Below are positions 34,726 through 47,789 of a DNA stretch of 64,000 nt, in pieces. Each line of letters opens with the position of its first letter. Position 1 is the stretch's first letter. The notes below the pieces were generated by a model that was given only the letters and a program-made list of their open reading frames with translations, was not told where the DNA came from and ran no database searches. The position numbers were made by a program, and so were the translations under genes. The stretch covers positions 2,542,001-2,606,000 of the forward strand of contig OX337228.1 in NCBI GenBank assembly GCA_946965045.2. Direction: 5' to 3'. Origin of the DNA: Epithemia pelagica (taxonomy: Eukaryota > Protista > Bacillariophyta).

Positions 34726-37700
34726 ATGTCGCTTTATCACTATCAAGCAAACGAGAGGGCATCCTTGCCTCATCACCACAGCAATGCCAATGGAAGGAGA
34801 CCCATGTACCACTATCTGTACGGCAGTATGGAGGGAAGTGGAGGGCTTGATACCTCGATAGAATCAGATGCAGCCACGGATGATATGGACGCCTTGTTGG
34901 GTGAAGGTCTCATTGTTTCGGAGAGAGGTCGTGCCTCAAATTCATCGAAACACGCTCATGGTCGAGAGTCGGATCATCTTCGTCGTACCGATGGAAGTAG
35001 TTCTGGATTCTCTTTGTCTTCTCGTACCTCTTCCATTCGATCACAACGTGAGCATGGAGGCTCGTGCTCGACAGCCACTTGCTTTGTCTGTACAGTCATG
35101 ACATTTGCTTGTATTGCCAGTGTCGTTTTGCTTGTTTTTGTGGCTCCCAGTCGTCCCCTCTCAACGTTGAACAGCACCACGGCCCAGGGATATGCAACCA
35201 CAAGCCGAAAGTCATCTTCCGCCTCCTCGGCATTTCACATGAGCTTCCCCAGTGTGGTACGAAGCGATTATGGAGAAGATGTGGATGCATTTTTAAAGAC
35301 TTCTCTTTTCCACTCAAGTCTCCTCAACCAAGGGGAATCGTCCAATACGTTTACGTTCCCCTTTCCCACAGGGGCCTTTTGGATCAATTTTGTTCTGCAT
35401 GCCACTGCGGACCAAGGCCTCTCTTACCCTATTTTTGCCTATCCTTACGGATTTAAATGGTCTGACTCGCTGTTCCAGGTATCTTATCCATACTCTCATC
35501 GCAAGCTTGAAGCCACTGCGATTCATGACTACTTTTTCCCTGATTTAACCTTTGGTTGTGACGAAACCGTGTCGACGCGCCACATTACCGAGTTTGATTC
35601 ACTTTCTGTTACACTCCAATACGAGACGGAGAATAAGGGTCTCTGGTCGCTCTTCCTCGTGCAAGGGAGCCCTTACGTGTCCATGGAGTTTGGCAGTGTC
35701 ACGCCCTATATTCGTGCCTTGTCAACCTTTACAAGCTTTGCCTGTCTCCCATCGGCCAATGGAAATTCTACTTCAGCTACCACCAACACACAAGTATGTA
35801 AGACTTCCAGCAACTCTACCGACCGTATCACCACTTTGGAAGGCAATCAGTTTGTTGCTACATCGCAACAAGGGTGGCAATGGATCATTTTCACCTCCGA
35901 TTCCATCACCTTGGCATTTGATACACGGGTACGAACCACGATTCGTGCCACCGCGCCCTTCAATGGAGCATTGCGTGTCGCCATTGTCCCTCCCCCCAAG
36001 TCTGCGTCGGGGGAATCCCTGAATGTGTCGTCCACTGGCTTGCAGCGACTCATTGCTCATTGCAATGTATATCCCGTTCACGGAGAGGTAAGCTGGCAAA
36101 CCAATTACTCGGAGACGGATTCCAGCTTCCAAACATCCACGATGAAATCCATTGTGGCCGCCCGCAAAGGATCATCAACCAGCTCGGCCGGATCCGGACG
36201 TCGCGTAGCAACGGTTCGATTCAGGTTCGAGACGAAACGATTCACGAGTTCCAAGGATGGCGACTCTGGCCCTCCCCTGTTGATGTTGGCACTACCGCAT
36301 CATGCCTTGAGACTTGATCGCTCGATGCAACTCAGTCCACAAGATTTTGATTTGGAGTACTACTCAATCAAGGGATGGATGACACCGGTTCTCGGAAATG
36401 CATGGGCCTACGACCAGCTACTGATTTCTCCAGGATTTGATGATGACAGTGGATCAAATAACCAGAGCTTGTTCTTGGAGCCCACTGTTCGCTCGGCTCT
36501 AGAGAAAAGTATGAAGGAAGATATTAATCTTGCCCTGCCGACCAAGACTGAGAATATCTATGGGTTTGGGAAACAGGCTGCTCGTTTGGCGCAACTCGCT
36601 CATATTGCCCATAGATTGACTGCGAATGCTACGACGGGCACAGGTTCGAACTCTTCCAGTACAATGGAGCTCTTGCTTAGCCAGGCCACTACGCGTCTCT
36701 CTTCGGCACTTGAGGCTATACTATCCGGCGGTGTGTCAGATGAATTGGTGTACGACACAAACCTTGGTGGATTGGTTACTGTGGATGGTTTGAGAGATTC
36801 TTCAGCCGATTTCGGAAACGGAAGATACAACGATCACCATTTTCATTATGGATACCTCGTAAGTGATTCTAAAAGATCGATCGAGAATAATCAAAATGAC
36901 AGGTACTTACATGGTTGTTCTTCTCGTTTAAAGTTGTATGCATGTGCCATTATGGGAAATATTGATTCATCCTTTATTTCCAAGTACAAGTCGCAGATTG
37001 ATGCTATTTACTTTGATGTGGCGCATGACTCAAACTATGGTACACGCAAGCGTTCCGACGGAATTTTCTTTCCCGCAGCAAGGCAGTAAGTGGCATGTTA
37101 TCTATGTTTTTTTTTTCAGCTCTTTAACTCTCACACTGTTTTCAGCATGTCTTGGTTTGATGGACACTCGTACGCATCGGGACTCTTTCCTTTTGGGAAC
37201 GGGAAATCTCAAGAGAGCTCCAGTGAAGCCGTTAATTGCTATTACGGAGCTTATCTTTGGGCTATGGTGCGGGAGCAACGAAGTTCTAGTCTGGATGCCT
37301 CTGTCGAGACTGATTTTGCACGGTTGCTGCTTTCGCTTGAAATCAGTGGAGCACAGACATACTGGCACATGGTTCCGGCCGAACAAACGAATAGTTCAGT
37401 CACGGGACCAAGCATTTATCCGGAAGCCTTTTCACGAAATTATATGGTTGGAAATATTGGAATGAATGATGCCGTATGTTCGACTTGGTTTGGAACGCAA
37501 CCGTTGTATGTCCACATGATTAATTTTCTACCAGTAACTTCGGCCGCCGGAGAGCTTTTCGGCAAAGAATATGCGACTCTGGAGTTTGAGGCAGCCTTGG
37601 CTTCCATCCACGAAGTTGACAATGCCTGGCGTGGATTCGTGGTCGCGCATCATGCCATTTCCGATCCAAATACTGCCTGGAACAAAGCAGTGGAGCTGTT

Positions 37701-37944
37701 TAGTCCTACGCTCGACGCTGGCTTGAGCAAGACACAAGTTCTTTACTGGATCTCGACAAGGAAAAATTTTACGCTTCCAAATCAATCTCAACAGACATCA
37801 CAAGAAACTCAGTCAGAAACCCAAGCATCTAGTCAAGATGCGGCCAGTTCTGATGAATGCGAGTTGCACGAGATGTGTGCGCAGAGATCGTTGACCGGCA
37901 AGTGTTGCCCCGCATCATCCGGAATTATGCTAGATTGCTGCTAA
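34726..37944 (+). CDS. Glycoside hydrolase family 81 endo-1,3(4)-beta-glucanase, N-terminal membrane anchor; introns 36858-36932 and 37086-37145
   Basis: GH81 motifs LVQGSPY, DFGNGRYNDHHFHYGY, RH-MSWFDGHSYASG and GKSQESSSEAVNCY. Single TM segment; Cys-rich C-terminus. Confidence 0.92.
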
Positions 37945-37948
37945 GTTG

Positions 37949-40900
37949 TCATAGTTCAACGATTTCGACTTCATCCACGTGCTGTTGGACAGTAGGCTTC
38001 CCATTAATTTCATACTTGGAGGATGACTGTGGAACTGCTTGGCTGGGAGGTCGCACGACAGCTTTTGGTGGCCTGACCTCTTTTTGACGTCCCTCCTCTC
38101 TGTTGATGAGAGCCTCGTGTCGTATAAGAGAAAGTGAAGCTTTGATTTCGTGGTCCCAACATTTGTAGATTCTGGTTTCTTGATCTTGAGGGAGTTTGAG
38201 AGTAGCAAAGCGAACTAGTACGGCAGTGTTGTAAGTCGTTATAGAAATAACCGACCATCGATTGTCTAGCACTCCGTCTCCGCGAAGGCGATGCATAGCA
38301 CAGACCGACGCAACAAATCCACAGAGAAAAGCAGCTTCTCGGTAGAAGCCGATCGACTGTAAGCAATCGGCTCGACCCAATATCAGAAGGGCTTCATGTG
38401 GGGAACATTTCTCCTTCTCGGGAAGAGGTGCTTGGAAAAATACATCATTGTTGCCTTCCTTCGAACCTTGTCCTGCGAAAAGCGCTGCTTTCTTTGCCAG
38501 AGGTTAGTACGCATAGTAGAAAGATTATAACAAACGAAGTTTTACACGTACTTGTAAACAAGCGAATCCGTTCCAACATCCGGGGAACTTTGCAACGTCT
38601 AGCAGTGCCCCTGCAACTTCGAGAGAAGTTCGTTTGCAAACACTTTCGGTGAAAGAGTTTCGTAGACGAAACATGCATCCATGCAACTTCTGCATTGCCT
38701 CTGCTGCACTTCCCTTGGGATTGAGCGACGTGGTGGCAATTTCCCGCCATTTCTCTGCCACGTAATACTTCGTTGTGTCTAAAAGATTGTTGAGGGGATC
38801 ATCGGTGTCTTCTTCAAGAAACCAACTTGATGAGGATGCTCTGTAGCCTGGTCGCTTTGACGGTCTTACATACCCGTCACGCAGATACGGTGGCCTCACA
38901 CCATCCTTCTTCGTTCCTTTTATCAAATTTTGCCATTCCTCTGGGGCTCTCGATACAGCTTCGCGCCCGATTCTACTGCGCCATATCACTTCGTTCAAGC
39001 AAAACTGCGTGAGCGGTACAAGCACACTCAACGCATGAGAGACACCGTTGGATATTATTGACGTGTTTTTCAGGCAGATGCGTGAAAATGAAAGCAAGAT
39101 TGCCAATGCCTCTTCTTCACAAAATGTTGCAATCTTGTTCTCTTGTTCAACTTTCTCAACAGACTCTGCAAGACCGCAGTACCATGGATTGTTGGGCAAA
39201 AGCGAAAGTCTGTGCAATACGGAAGCGGCAGGAATCACCTGACCGGATGTCGCCAGAAGATGCCACTGATGACGTATTTCCGCCAACAGATGAGGACTGA
39301 GATACCCAGCGACGCATCCATCTGTCGTGGTGATTCCATAGAAAGCAGGACCGGAGCGCCGTCGCAGTTGGTGAGGGCTTCCACTGAACTCACGTGGATC
39401 CCATCCGGAGAAGTATGAGATATTTCTGCCAACGGCAAGATTAAAGCAACGTAGTGAGAGCCTGTACTGGTCCGTGGATTGCCAACTCCAACCAAATGGG
39501 ATTTCGTCAAAAGTATTCTCCGCCACGTGTTTGGCAAATAACAATAAGTTCATTTGTTCGTTGGAACAGATAACTGGCAGCCAAGTAGAGATGCAACGCA
39601 AGAGTTCTTCGGGTTCAGGCGCGTTTGTCTCTCCAATCCTACCGGCGAGAAAAGGAAATGCAGCGGCAGCTGTCATGAGGACAGACATTGCACGAGATGA
39701 CAGGGTTTTGTCAGCATTGCAACTCCATATGCTTGGTATCATTTTGGAAAGACACTGCATAGATCTTAGAAGCAATGCAGGGGAATTGATGGACTGGTTC
39801 GAACCGCTAGATGAAAGCAAATGAGTCATTCTGAGCCTAATGGTAGCACAAAGCATCGACACAATCAAGCCCACTTTGAAGTCGTACATGGAACACTTCG
39901 ATTGCGGTTTGACAGAAAACATTTCCACAACTCCTTGTGAGACCAATTCGGCTTCAAGCCTGCCAAACCAGTCGACTAGGGAAGCACAAAGTAGTTTCTC
40001 TTTGTCCAGCGATCGTATAATATCCGCAGCAAAAACATATGCCTGTATTCTATAAAATTTCCCAGAGTTTGCGGAGCAGAATGCATCCCATTGCGACCCC
40101 GGAGATTTTTGCCCGGCAACATCGCATTCCATCCACGATGAGGGCTCATTTTCAACAGAGACAATCGACTCTAAGCACTTGGTTCCGAGAAAGTTATGTG
40201 ATCCCACACCAATCAGGCTGAGCCCGTACATAAAAAGCAAATCAGGGGGGAGAACGCCTCGTCGGAAGGCCTCAGTTAACGAGTCTTCGTCAGTTCCATC
40301 GATCTCATCTTGATCTGATAATGGTTCCTCGCTACCTGACGACGCGTCATCTTCTGCAACTTCATCGTAAGACGTTTTCTGAAAAGCAAAGACACTGGTT
40401 GGTTGTGATACCTCTTCAAAAAATCGGTCTCTGGCCTTGATTTGTTTCGCTCGAAGAGTGGCCCTGGCTTTCATATATGATGAAACTGCCTCACCTACGA
40501 AACGGCAACCGTCGCAAAGCTTGCATTCCAGTAACAATCGCATCAAATCCGAAGCGATGGAAAAAACGGTTGCAGCAGATGCTCTGAGGGGCAGGCCATT
40601 TCTTGGTCGCATCACTACATCATCTTCATTCAGATCGTATGTCTCCACGCCAGAAGCATCGTTAGTGGCCTTCTCTCTTTTGAGACTTTGTTCGAGCTCC
40701 TTCCTTGCTCTTTCGCGTTCTCTGGAAGCGGACGAGCTGTCAGCTAGGCCGAGTTCCACTGTGGTCTTGTCAAAATTATCTAGCTCATTTCTACACCGTT
40801 TTTCGTAAAGTTCTGAATCTTGATCCATTACTTCTTTTGGGTCCTCTGATTCGTCTTCCTTCTTGCTACTGTTCATACTATCTGTTCGTTTCTGAAACCA

Positions 40901-42637
40901 AGATAGCAGGGCGGCACAACAACGAGTACCAGCAGAAGCCTCGAGAGCACGTGTCAGGGCTTGAAGACGCCGCTCACGCCAATCAAATGACATGGACCAC
41001 TTGCGAAGCCATCTCCGGAACGTGTAGTTATCATTTGATTTATCTCCTTTGTTCCATCTCAGGCATTCATGTCCAACTCTGAGCATCAGCTCGGAGTACA
41101 GTATCCATGCTTTGTAGCTTGATTGAAATTCCGATCGTTGCCCTTCAACCAAAGACGGGCGATTCTTCAGATCTGTCAAGAGTGTCAATGCCTCAGAAAG
41201 GCAACCAAGATCCATCAGAACGGAAGCAAGCTTCGCTGGTACGTCAATTCCTGGTGACTTGAGTTGGTCAGCTGCCTGATAATCGCTCTTTGCTTCGCCA
41301 TACCACCGCTTTTTTTCATTCTTGTGATAATCAACAGCACGACCAGTTGTAATTTGGGACAGAGATAGGACTTCGTTGTGTAGACCAGCAATTTCCAAGG
41401 CCATATCCGCCGCTCGAATCCAAAGACTGAAATCACGTTTACACAAGATTGCGGAAACATGATAAGCACCATAGGCCTTTTTCGCAATGTCGATCTGTTC
41501 AGAGAGCATAGCCTCGGCGGTTAAATCATCTACAGCGCTTTCATTTTTTATTTCCGTTCCCTGATTGTTACGTCGGAGTTGTTGCCACTCATCCCTCGTT
41601 CGGCGCTGACACCCACGCAACATATCCTCATAAACCATTCCAAGGGACGAATATACCTGTGGTGCCGATGGAGATTCCTTGGCAAGTTGCTTCAGTTTCT
41701 CAATAGCCACAGTCGATTGACCGCGAACCATAGCTCCTAGAGCCTCGCCATGGCGTTCCGCCATTCGTTCAGATCGGAAATTTTTCATACGATATAACTT
41801 TGTCTTCTTTTTTCGAACGGTTGCTCGCTTATGACTTCGTTTCGATGATGTTTGAATAGTATCATCTTCGAACACACCTTCATTAGCTACGTTGTCACCC
41901 CCTTCAGGTTCATAGTCATCGTATACTGCATCTTCCTCTATTGCTCCTTGATTTTCGTCTTCATCCTCTTCCACTTCATTTCCAACATCCCCTTCCACGC
42001 TATTTTCGTCCGAGCTGATATCTTGGCCACTTGCTTCCTCATCTTCGTCGTCAACATCAATGTTTCCTGCACATTCTTCGTCTTGCGTTGGGACGAAAAT
42101 TAGGCTGGCTTCAACAGTGCTTTCTTTTTCAGCCGCCTTTGACCCTCGCAAGCGCTGGTGTCCAGTCAGTTGGTCTGTCTCATGAGCATGATCGTCCTTG
42201 TCTTTGGACTCTAGTGCACGTCGTTTCTTGGTTCGTAGTTTCGAGTGGGCTTTTGGAACTTTCCGTCGTAAGTTACCTGCGCTGGTTCGAGCGTACTGTG
42301 CCACCTCCATCTCCTCATGAAGCATTGCTAATTCCTCGCGTAAAGCTCTGGATGCAGATGCACATCCAGAACGTGTCCTCTTCTTCTCGTAAGACGTGGA
42401 TGCTGATGGCGGTTCCCCATTCGTTTGTGTTCTGTTGACGCAATCATCGTAAGAAGATGCGCGACGGCCCACTTTTCGATCAGGACCTGGGAGATCAGTT
42501 TCAAGAACGGGTTCATCGTGACAATCTGATGATGCTTTTCGTTTTCGGCTTGTGTTGGTGGTCGGACGGTCCATCTCCACATTCACCGACCATTCACAGG
42601 GCAACAAAACAGAGGTGTCGTCGTTTTGCTTTTCCAT
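37949..42637 (-). CDS. Large TPR protein, likely TFIIIC subunit Tfc4/GTF3C3-like; intron 38492-38551
   Basis: Acidic N-terminus, then TPR motifs resembling Tfc4 (AKESPSAPQVYSSLGMVYED; AILCKRDFSLWIRAADMA). A GT-AG intron with a TACTAAC branch point joins the terminal exon in frame. Confidence 0.7.
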
Positions 42638-43223
42638 TGCTGAGAAGGCTCCATTTTCTTTCTCTCTATGGCGCTCGGGACTGTTCGCGATTCGGGACCC
42701 AAAGTCGACCTTTGGATCTGCTCGTCGTCCGTCGCGATTCGCGAGCCTCTCATTTTTTGAGAATCAGCGGAGAATCTCTTTTGGGTTGTTTCGGGGGCAA
42801 GTTTCCCTCCGGGGCATATCAATAACAGGACAGAACCATAAACCACAACTGCACAGAAAAGTTCTTCCATTGCTTATCAAAATATCAAAAATAAGATACA
42901 GAATGATGTAGGATGTAGTACACATCATCACTATAATGAGAATGAGCCAAGCATCGACAACAGATCACGTCGAAACAAAGGCCTACAACCCACGACGAAG
43001 CAATAGCCTTTACTCGCATCAAACCAACGGAGAGGTATCCATGGGAATGACCTAGATGAATGTGTTTCAACCATTCTTCTAGCAACACAAAATCTTCTGA
43101 TCAAATAAAGCTTGTAATCTAGGTAGAATCGTCGTAAAATAATGGGATAAGCCGAGAAAAGCGAGAGTTCCAAAACTTCTCATCTCGTACACGCAGGGCA
43201 AAGAAGCCACAAAAACTGAATTG

Positions 43224-43892
43224 TCAAGCCGCTGGAGCGGACGTTCCACAAAAATTGTTGAGGAAGACTGTAAGGTGAAAGAATTGACGTTGGGATTCTT
43301 GGCCTTGTCGCGAAAACCGTAGAGCTTGGCTCAAACGTTCGTTCCATAGCTTCACTTGTTCAAAGTTTGCTAGTTCCGAGTTGCAGTGAGAAGCGTTGGT
43401 ACAAACAGCCATTACAACCTGAAGCACGGAATCGGAAGCGTGAAATTGGCAGTATCGTGTCATGGAAAACGCTTGTTCGTAGTAGTGAAGCGCCTTGCTC
43501 AGTAGATTAATGTGGTGCAGCAATTTCCGCTTCTTCCATTCCAGATGATAACACAACCCGAGGTTAAACAGGCTCGCAATGGCACACGAACAAAATTGTT
43601 CGTTCGTAAGGAAGTCGTCGTCTTGTTCGAAGGAGAGTTTACACTCAAACATACATGGTTGATGAAGAAAGGATGTAAGCTTCTCAACTGACTCCCAAAA
43701 GTAGACGTAGACATTTACATCATCAACTAACTTGGCTTGGTGTCCGTTGGTGGAATCGATCGGTCTCGGGGCTAATAAGCTGCTCGACAGCTTCAGTAAC
43801 GCGAGATTCAATATTTCGACGGCATGGCGATGATCGCCTTCACCAATATGTTCAGCAGCAAGAGCGTTCAAGGCTTGAATTTCGCCCAGCAT
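43224..43892 (-). CDS. Hypothetical TPR-like helical protein (222 aa)
   Basis: Intact ORF with helical-repeat-like LFNLGLCYHL...KALHYYEQA. Confidence 0.7.
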   Translation of the reverse strand: MLGEIQALNALAAEHIGEGDHRHAVEILNLALLKLSSSLLAPRPIDSTNGHQAKLVDDVNVYVYFWESVEKLTSFLHQPCMFECKLSFEQDDDFLTNEQFCSCAIASLFNLGLCYHLEWKKRKLLHHINLLSKALHYYEQAFSMTRYCQFHASDSVLQVVMAVCTNASHCNSELANFEQVKLWNERLSQALRFSRQGQESQRQFFHLTVFLNNFCGTSAPAA

Positions 43893-45287
43893 GATGCTTT
43901 GTCATCGATCGACTTTTGTGTCGCTGTTGAGGGAGAGGATGCAGGATGTTTGATCTTTTTTGTGAGGACAACAAGCAGATGCCCCCATGCCCAAATGCCC
44001 ATGCCCCATGTGCATCATCCATCATCCGTAATAAGTACACAAAAAAAGAAATCAAGCGAACCAACAAAGAAAACGGGTTTGAAAGTTCGATTGTCTGTTA
44101 TTATGTAGTTGCTAACTACTCATTCAAAGATTAAACACAACATACTCGATACTCGTACTCCTACAGGACTCATACTTGGATGTAGACTGCAGCCTGAAAG
44201 AAGATGCAAGTAATAGGCATAATAATACTCCTACGAAATAGGAATGCTCTTTGTCCTAGTAGTAAGTCCTCCTACTCCTAGGTAGCTAGGTAGGTGAAGT
44301 ATGAACTACTCCTATGAACTATGAACTACACTTCTCTACGAACTCGTATTCTCTGGAGAGAGTAATAGATCGATGTGATTGCGTCCATCAAAGCTTCTAA
44401 CTCCACAATTATGCAGTAGTAAGTAGTAAGTAGTATCGATTATCTATCTCATGTTTCTATTCTACAGCTTATTACTCATTTTAGCAGTATATTATGGCAT
44501 TTGGCAGTAATGCCTCGTTCGCCGATCTTTGTTCTACAATATTGTACGAGCTCTCAGCGGAAGGGTGAGTCGTGCTCGTGAATGGCGAGTGAATCAGATT
44601 GCACCCTTACCCATTCACGAGCAGGACTCAATCATCCGCTAGGGGGTAGATCGCGGATCTGGTCGCAAAAGAACGTTTCCGGATAACTATCAGGGGTAGG
44701 GTAGGGGTAGGTAGGTTAGCTCTAGCCTTGCCGACGAATACAATACGAGCGGTTCTCGTAACACTTCGCGCGCACGTTTCTCCAAGACCACGACCAGATA
44801 CTTTCAGAAACTCGTGACGTCACTATGAAGCAAACTGTGAGAAGCCTAATTTGTTAAATATAAGCTCGTCACATGATCGACCATGGCCTTTTCCGACCGT
44901 CTTGCTATTGAATGCCAATTTTGGCCCCAAAACGGATGCTCTACTGCTGTTGTAAGCCTAAGAAACCTTTCTACATAGAGCATAGAAGTCGTATCAACCG
45001 TTACAACAGAAGCAGATGCCAAGAAATCGGATGTAAACGACCCAATATTGTCGAGACTCCACTGTTCGCCAAAATATGAGCAAATTTTCATTTTCCACAA
45101 CTCGCCCACCTCGCCAGGAACATTCAAACTCTACAGATGTGAATAGAGCATAAACCTTGGTCGCATTTCAATCATCCGTTCCAAAGTGTTTTTTATATTC
45201 ACAACGTCACTCTTCTTGGTAATTGATGTCAATGGATGAGGTGCTATTTGTCTCGTAAACACTCTCCATTACAAACCATGTCGAGAG

Positions 45288-47692
45288 TTGAAGACCCAAG
45301 AGACAATGGCTGGTACGAGACAGCGTAAGAAGACGGAGAAAGGCTCTCAAGCCGCTCCAAAGAATCGAAAAGGACAACGTGGTACGAAGACGCCACCGCT
45401 CGTAGACTCCCCCTCTCCGAACAAGAAGAAACAGAAGGTACACCGTGCGAGAAGATGCAACATGAAGCAACCGTCCCCAAATCTCCAAACCCGTAGTAAA
45501 CGCAAGGAGTCAGGTGTCACCTGTGCGAACAACACAGTTGAATCGGATCGCTTAGCCAAAGTGATTGCGGACTTTAAAGACAGCAAGAAGAAGCCTTGTT
45601 CAGTCTTTGGTCTTGATAGGAGACAGCGATACCGAGATTACTTCTTCTGTTTTGAATGTCACGAGGCCGATACCCGCGAGCAACTCTATCCTAATCTCGT
45701 CACCAACAGAAAAGCAGAACGTGGGGCGTACACTTGTACTGCCAACCATAAGAACATGATCCATCCAACTGATAAGGTCAAGGTGATTGTCAAAAGGAAA
45801 CATCTTCGAGCAACCACCAAAACAATCAAGGAGAATATAGTTGCCAAACTCGAAGATCGATCTTCCAAGAAACATGATGACGACACAAAGTCTCCCCCAG
45901 CCCAGTCTTCAAATGGTGACGACCCTGAGGAATCCTCCAAACCAATGTCCCCAAGGGCACGAAAGTGCCTCAAAAAATACTTACACAAGACGAGCAAGTC
46001 CAAAACCATTGGCTTCACGAGCACCATCCAAGACAAAACCAAGGACCCACCCAAGGAATCGACCTCTGTCAATGAGATTACCACCCTGCAGGCAGTTCCT
46101 TCAACACCACCCCGACTTGAGAATCATCGAGTCGTCCAAGAACCCATACTTCAAGTCGACGACTCATTGGACCTCAACAAAATGGACAAGGCATATTCCA
46201 AGAATGAAAAGGATGGAAAAGACTTTCCTCTTCATGAAACGGACAATGATCAGGGATTGATGACTAGCAATGCAGACAATGACTCTCCGAATGACTTACT
46301 GTTGGACGCAGCTAATGATTCTGATAGACCAGAGCTCAGCAATACCAGGGAACAAGGGTCTGAGTCAGCTCGCACGACGGACAAAGGCTCAGAGCCCGAT
46401 CCCAATGAACAAGGCTCAGAGCCCGCTCCCAATGAACAAGTCTCAGAGCCTGCTACCGATGAACAAGACTCAGAGTCCGCTCCCAAAGACCACGGCTTTG
46501 TGATTATCTCACGTCTGAAAGCAGAACTTGAAAAGGCACGTAATGAGAGCAACAAGATGAGACAGAATTTGAAGGATTCTAAAAGGGAAGTCAAGAAGCT
46601 TACAAACAAGGCGAAGTACTGGAAAGACTTATACAAGGCCAAAGGCGTGCCCATCAAGTTACCCAAGTCTGTTGGAAGGAAGGACAATGCTCACAAGGTG
46701 GCAGAGCATATTCGAATGTCAGTCGAGACTTCTGTGGATCCCCTTCAAGAAGACAGTTTGGGAGCACAAACCTTTTTCACAGATCTGACGACAATGCTGT
46801 TGGACCCTTCACTCCACAGTGGACAAAGTCGACGCTGCGCATACGATGTGTTTCGCCAACATGTTAGGAAGCACATCTACACTCCTCACAATGTGTTGCG
46901 ACAGATGGACTTACAGGGGGGTGCCTTAAACTTTCGTAACATAGAACTACTACGAGACATTGAAACCAAGGGTAAGCCCTGGCAGCAAACACTCTTACCA
47001 AGTACGTCTGTACTACAGGATTATGCCAAACAAGTCGAGAAGTTTGGGGAAAACTTCTGTCCCTTTAGAATGTTCAAGAATAAAAAAGATGGGAGCGAAG
47101 GGTTTGCATTCAGGGCTGCAGATGTCATTGTAGGAATACTCATGGCCGGAGATGTACTCCAGACAGAAGCATTGTTACGCTCCATCAAACTGGCCCAATC
47201 AATGGATGGAGCACTCTTCACTAAAAACTTGGGCCATACGCTGGGTGGTCTAAAGTTCAATGATGAATCCAGTGAACTACGTCAATCCAGAAACGGTGTA
47301 TTTCCAGTACTATGTGTTTGTACAAGAGAGTCGAAGGGAATTATCCGAGGCATTTTCTACAGGATGATTAAAGAAATACAAGAGGCAGCTGACTTTGTGG
47401 TTCCTCGTCACTTTGGTGTTGAGGCTATTGTAGTTAGTACCAATTGCGACATGAGTTGCGAGTGGAAGCTGGCTGCCCGCGGCGGTGCAGCAAGGCAAGT
47501 CACTTACCCGTGTGCCAAATGCGCAGTGAAAAGCGGGGCCCTCCACTTGCAAAGCCAGCCAACTCACTCCTGTTCTTGGTGTCAACAGCTTGGACACTTG
47601 GCACGGCCTAATTGGATATGCCGGCATCACCGAATCTGTACAAAGGAGGTAATTTCCCAGCTTCGGGAAGAAGTAGACCTTATGGAGAAGAA
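45288..47692 (+). CDS. RAG1/Transib-like DDE transposase, 5' part (interrupted by LINE)
   Basis: Cys/His finger (CFEC...C...H), then SMDG (D1), FPVLCVCTRES, TNCDMS (D2) and YPCAKC, in the same order as in the RAG1 core. Confidence 0.75.
46350..46490 (+). repeat. 27-bp coding tandem repeat (EQGSEPAPN-like, ~5 copies)
   Basis: Units like gaacaaggctcagagcccgctcccaat. Confidence 0.85.
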
Positions 47693-47789
47693 ACTTTTTC
47701 GATGTCGATCTTTTTGCTAAGCCTACTACTTATGCCTATAGTCCCTTCCTACTAAGTTCTACGTGTGATCCTACGTGTGTGTTCTCACC

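Noticed and set aside
44575-44625. 13-bp stem hairpin (TGCTCGTGAATGG/CCATTCACGAGCA)
   Set aside because: Single occurrence with no recognisable RNA-family features; it cannot be tied to an element end.
44693-44719. Telomere-like GGGGTAGG repeats
   Set aside because: Only 3-4 irregular units; not a TTAGGG-type array.
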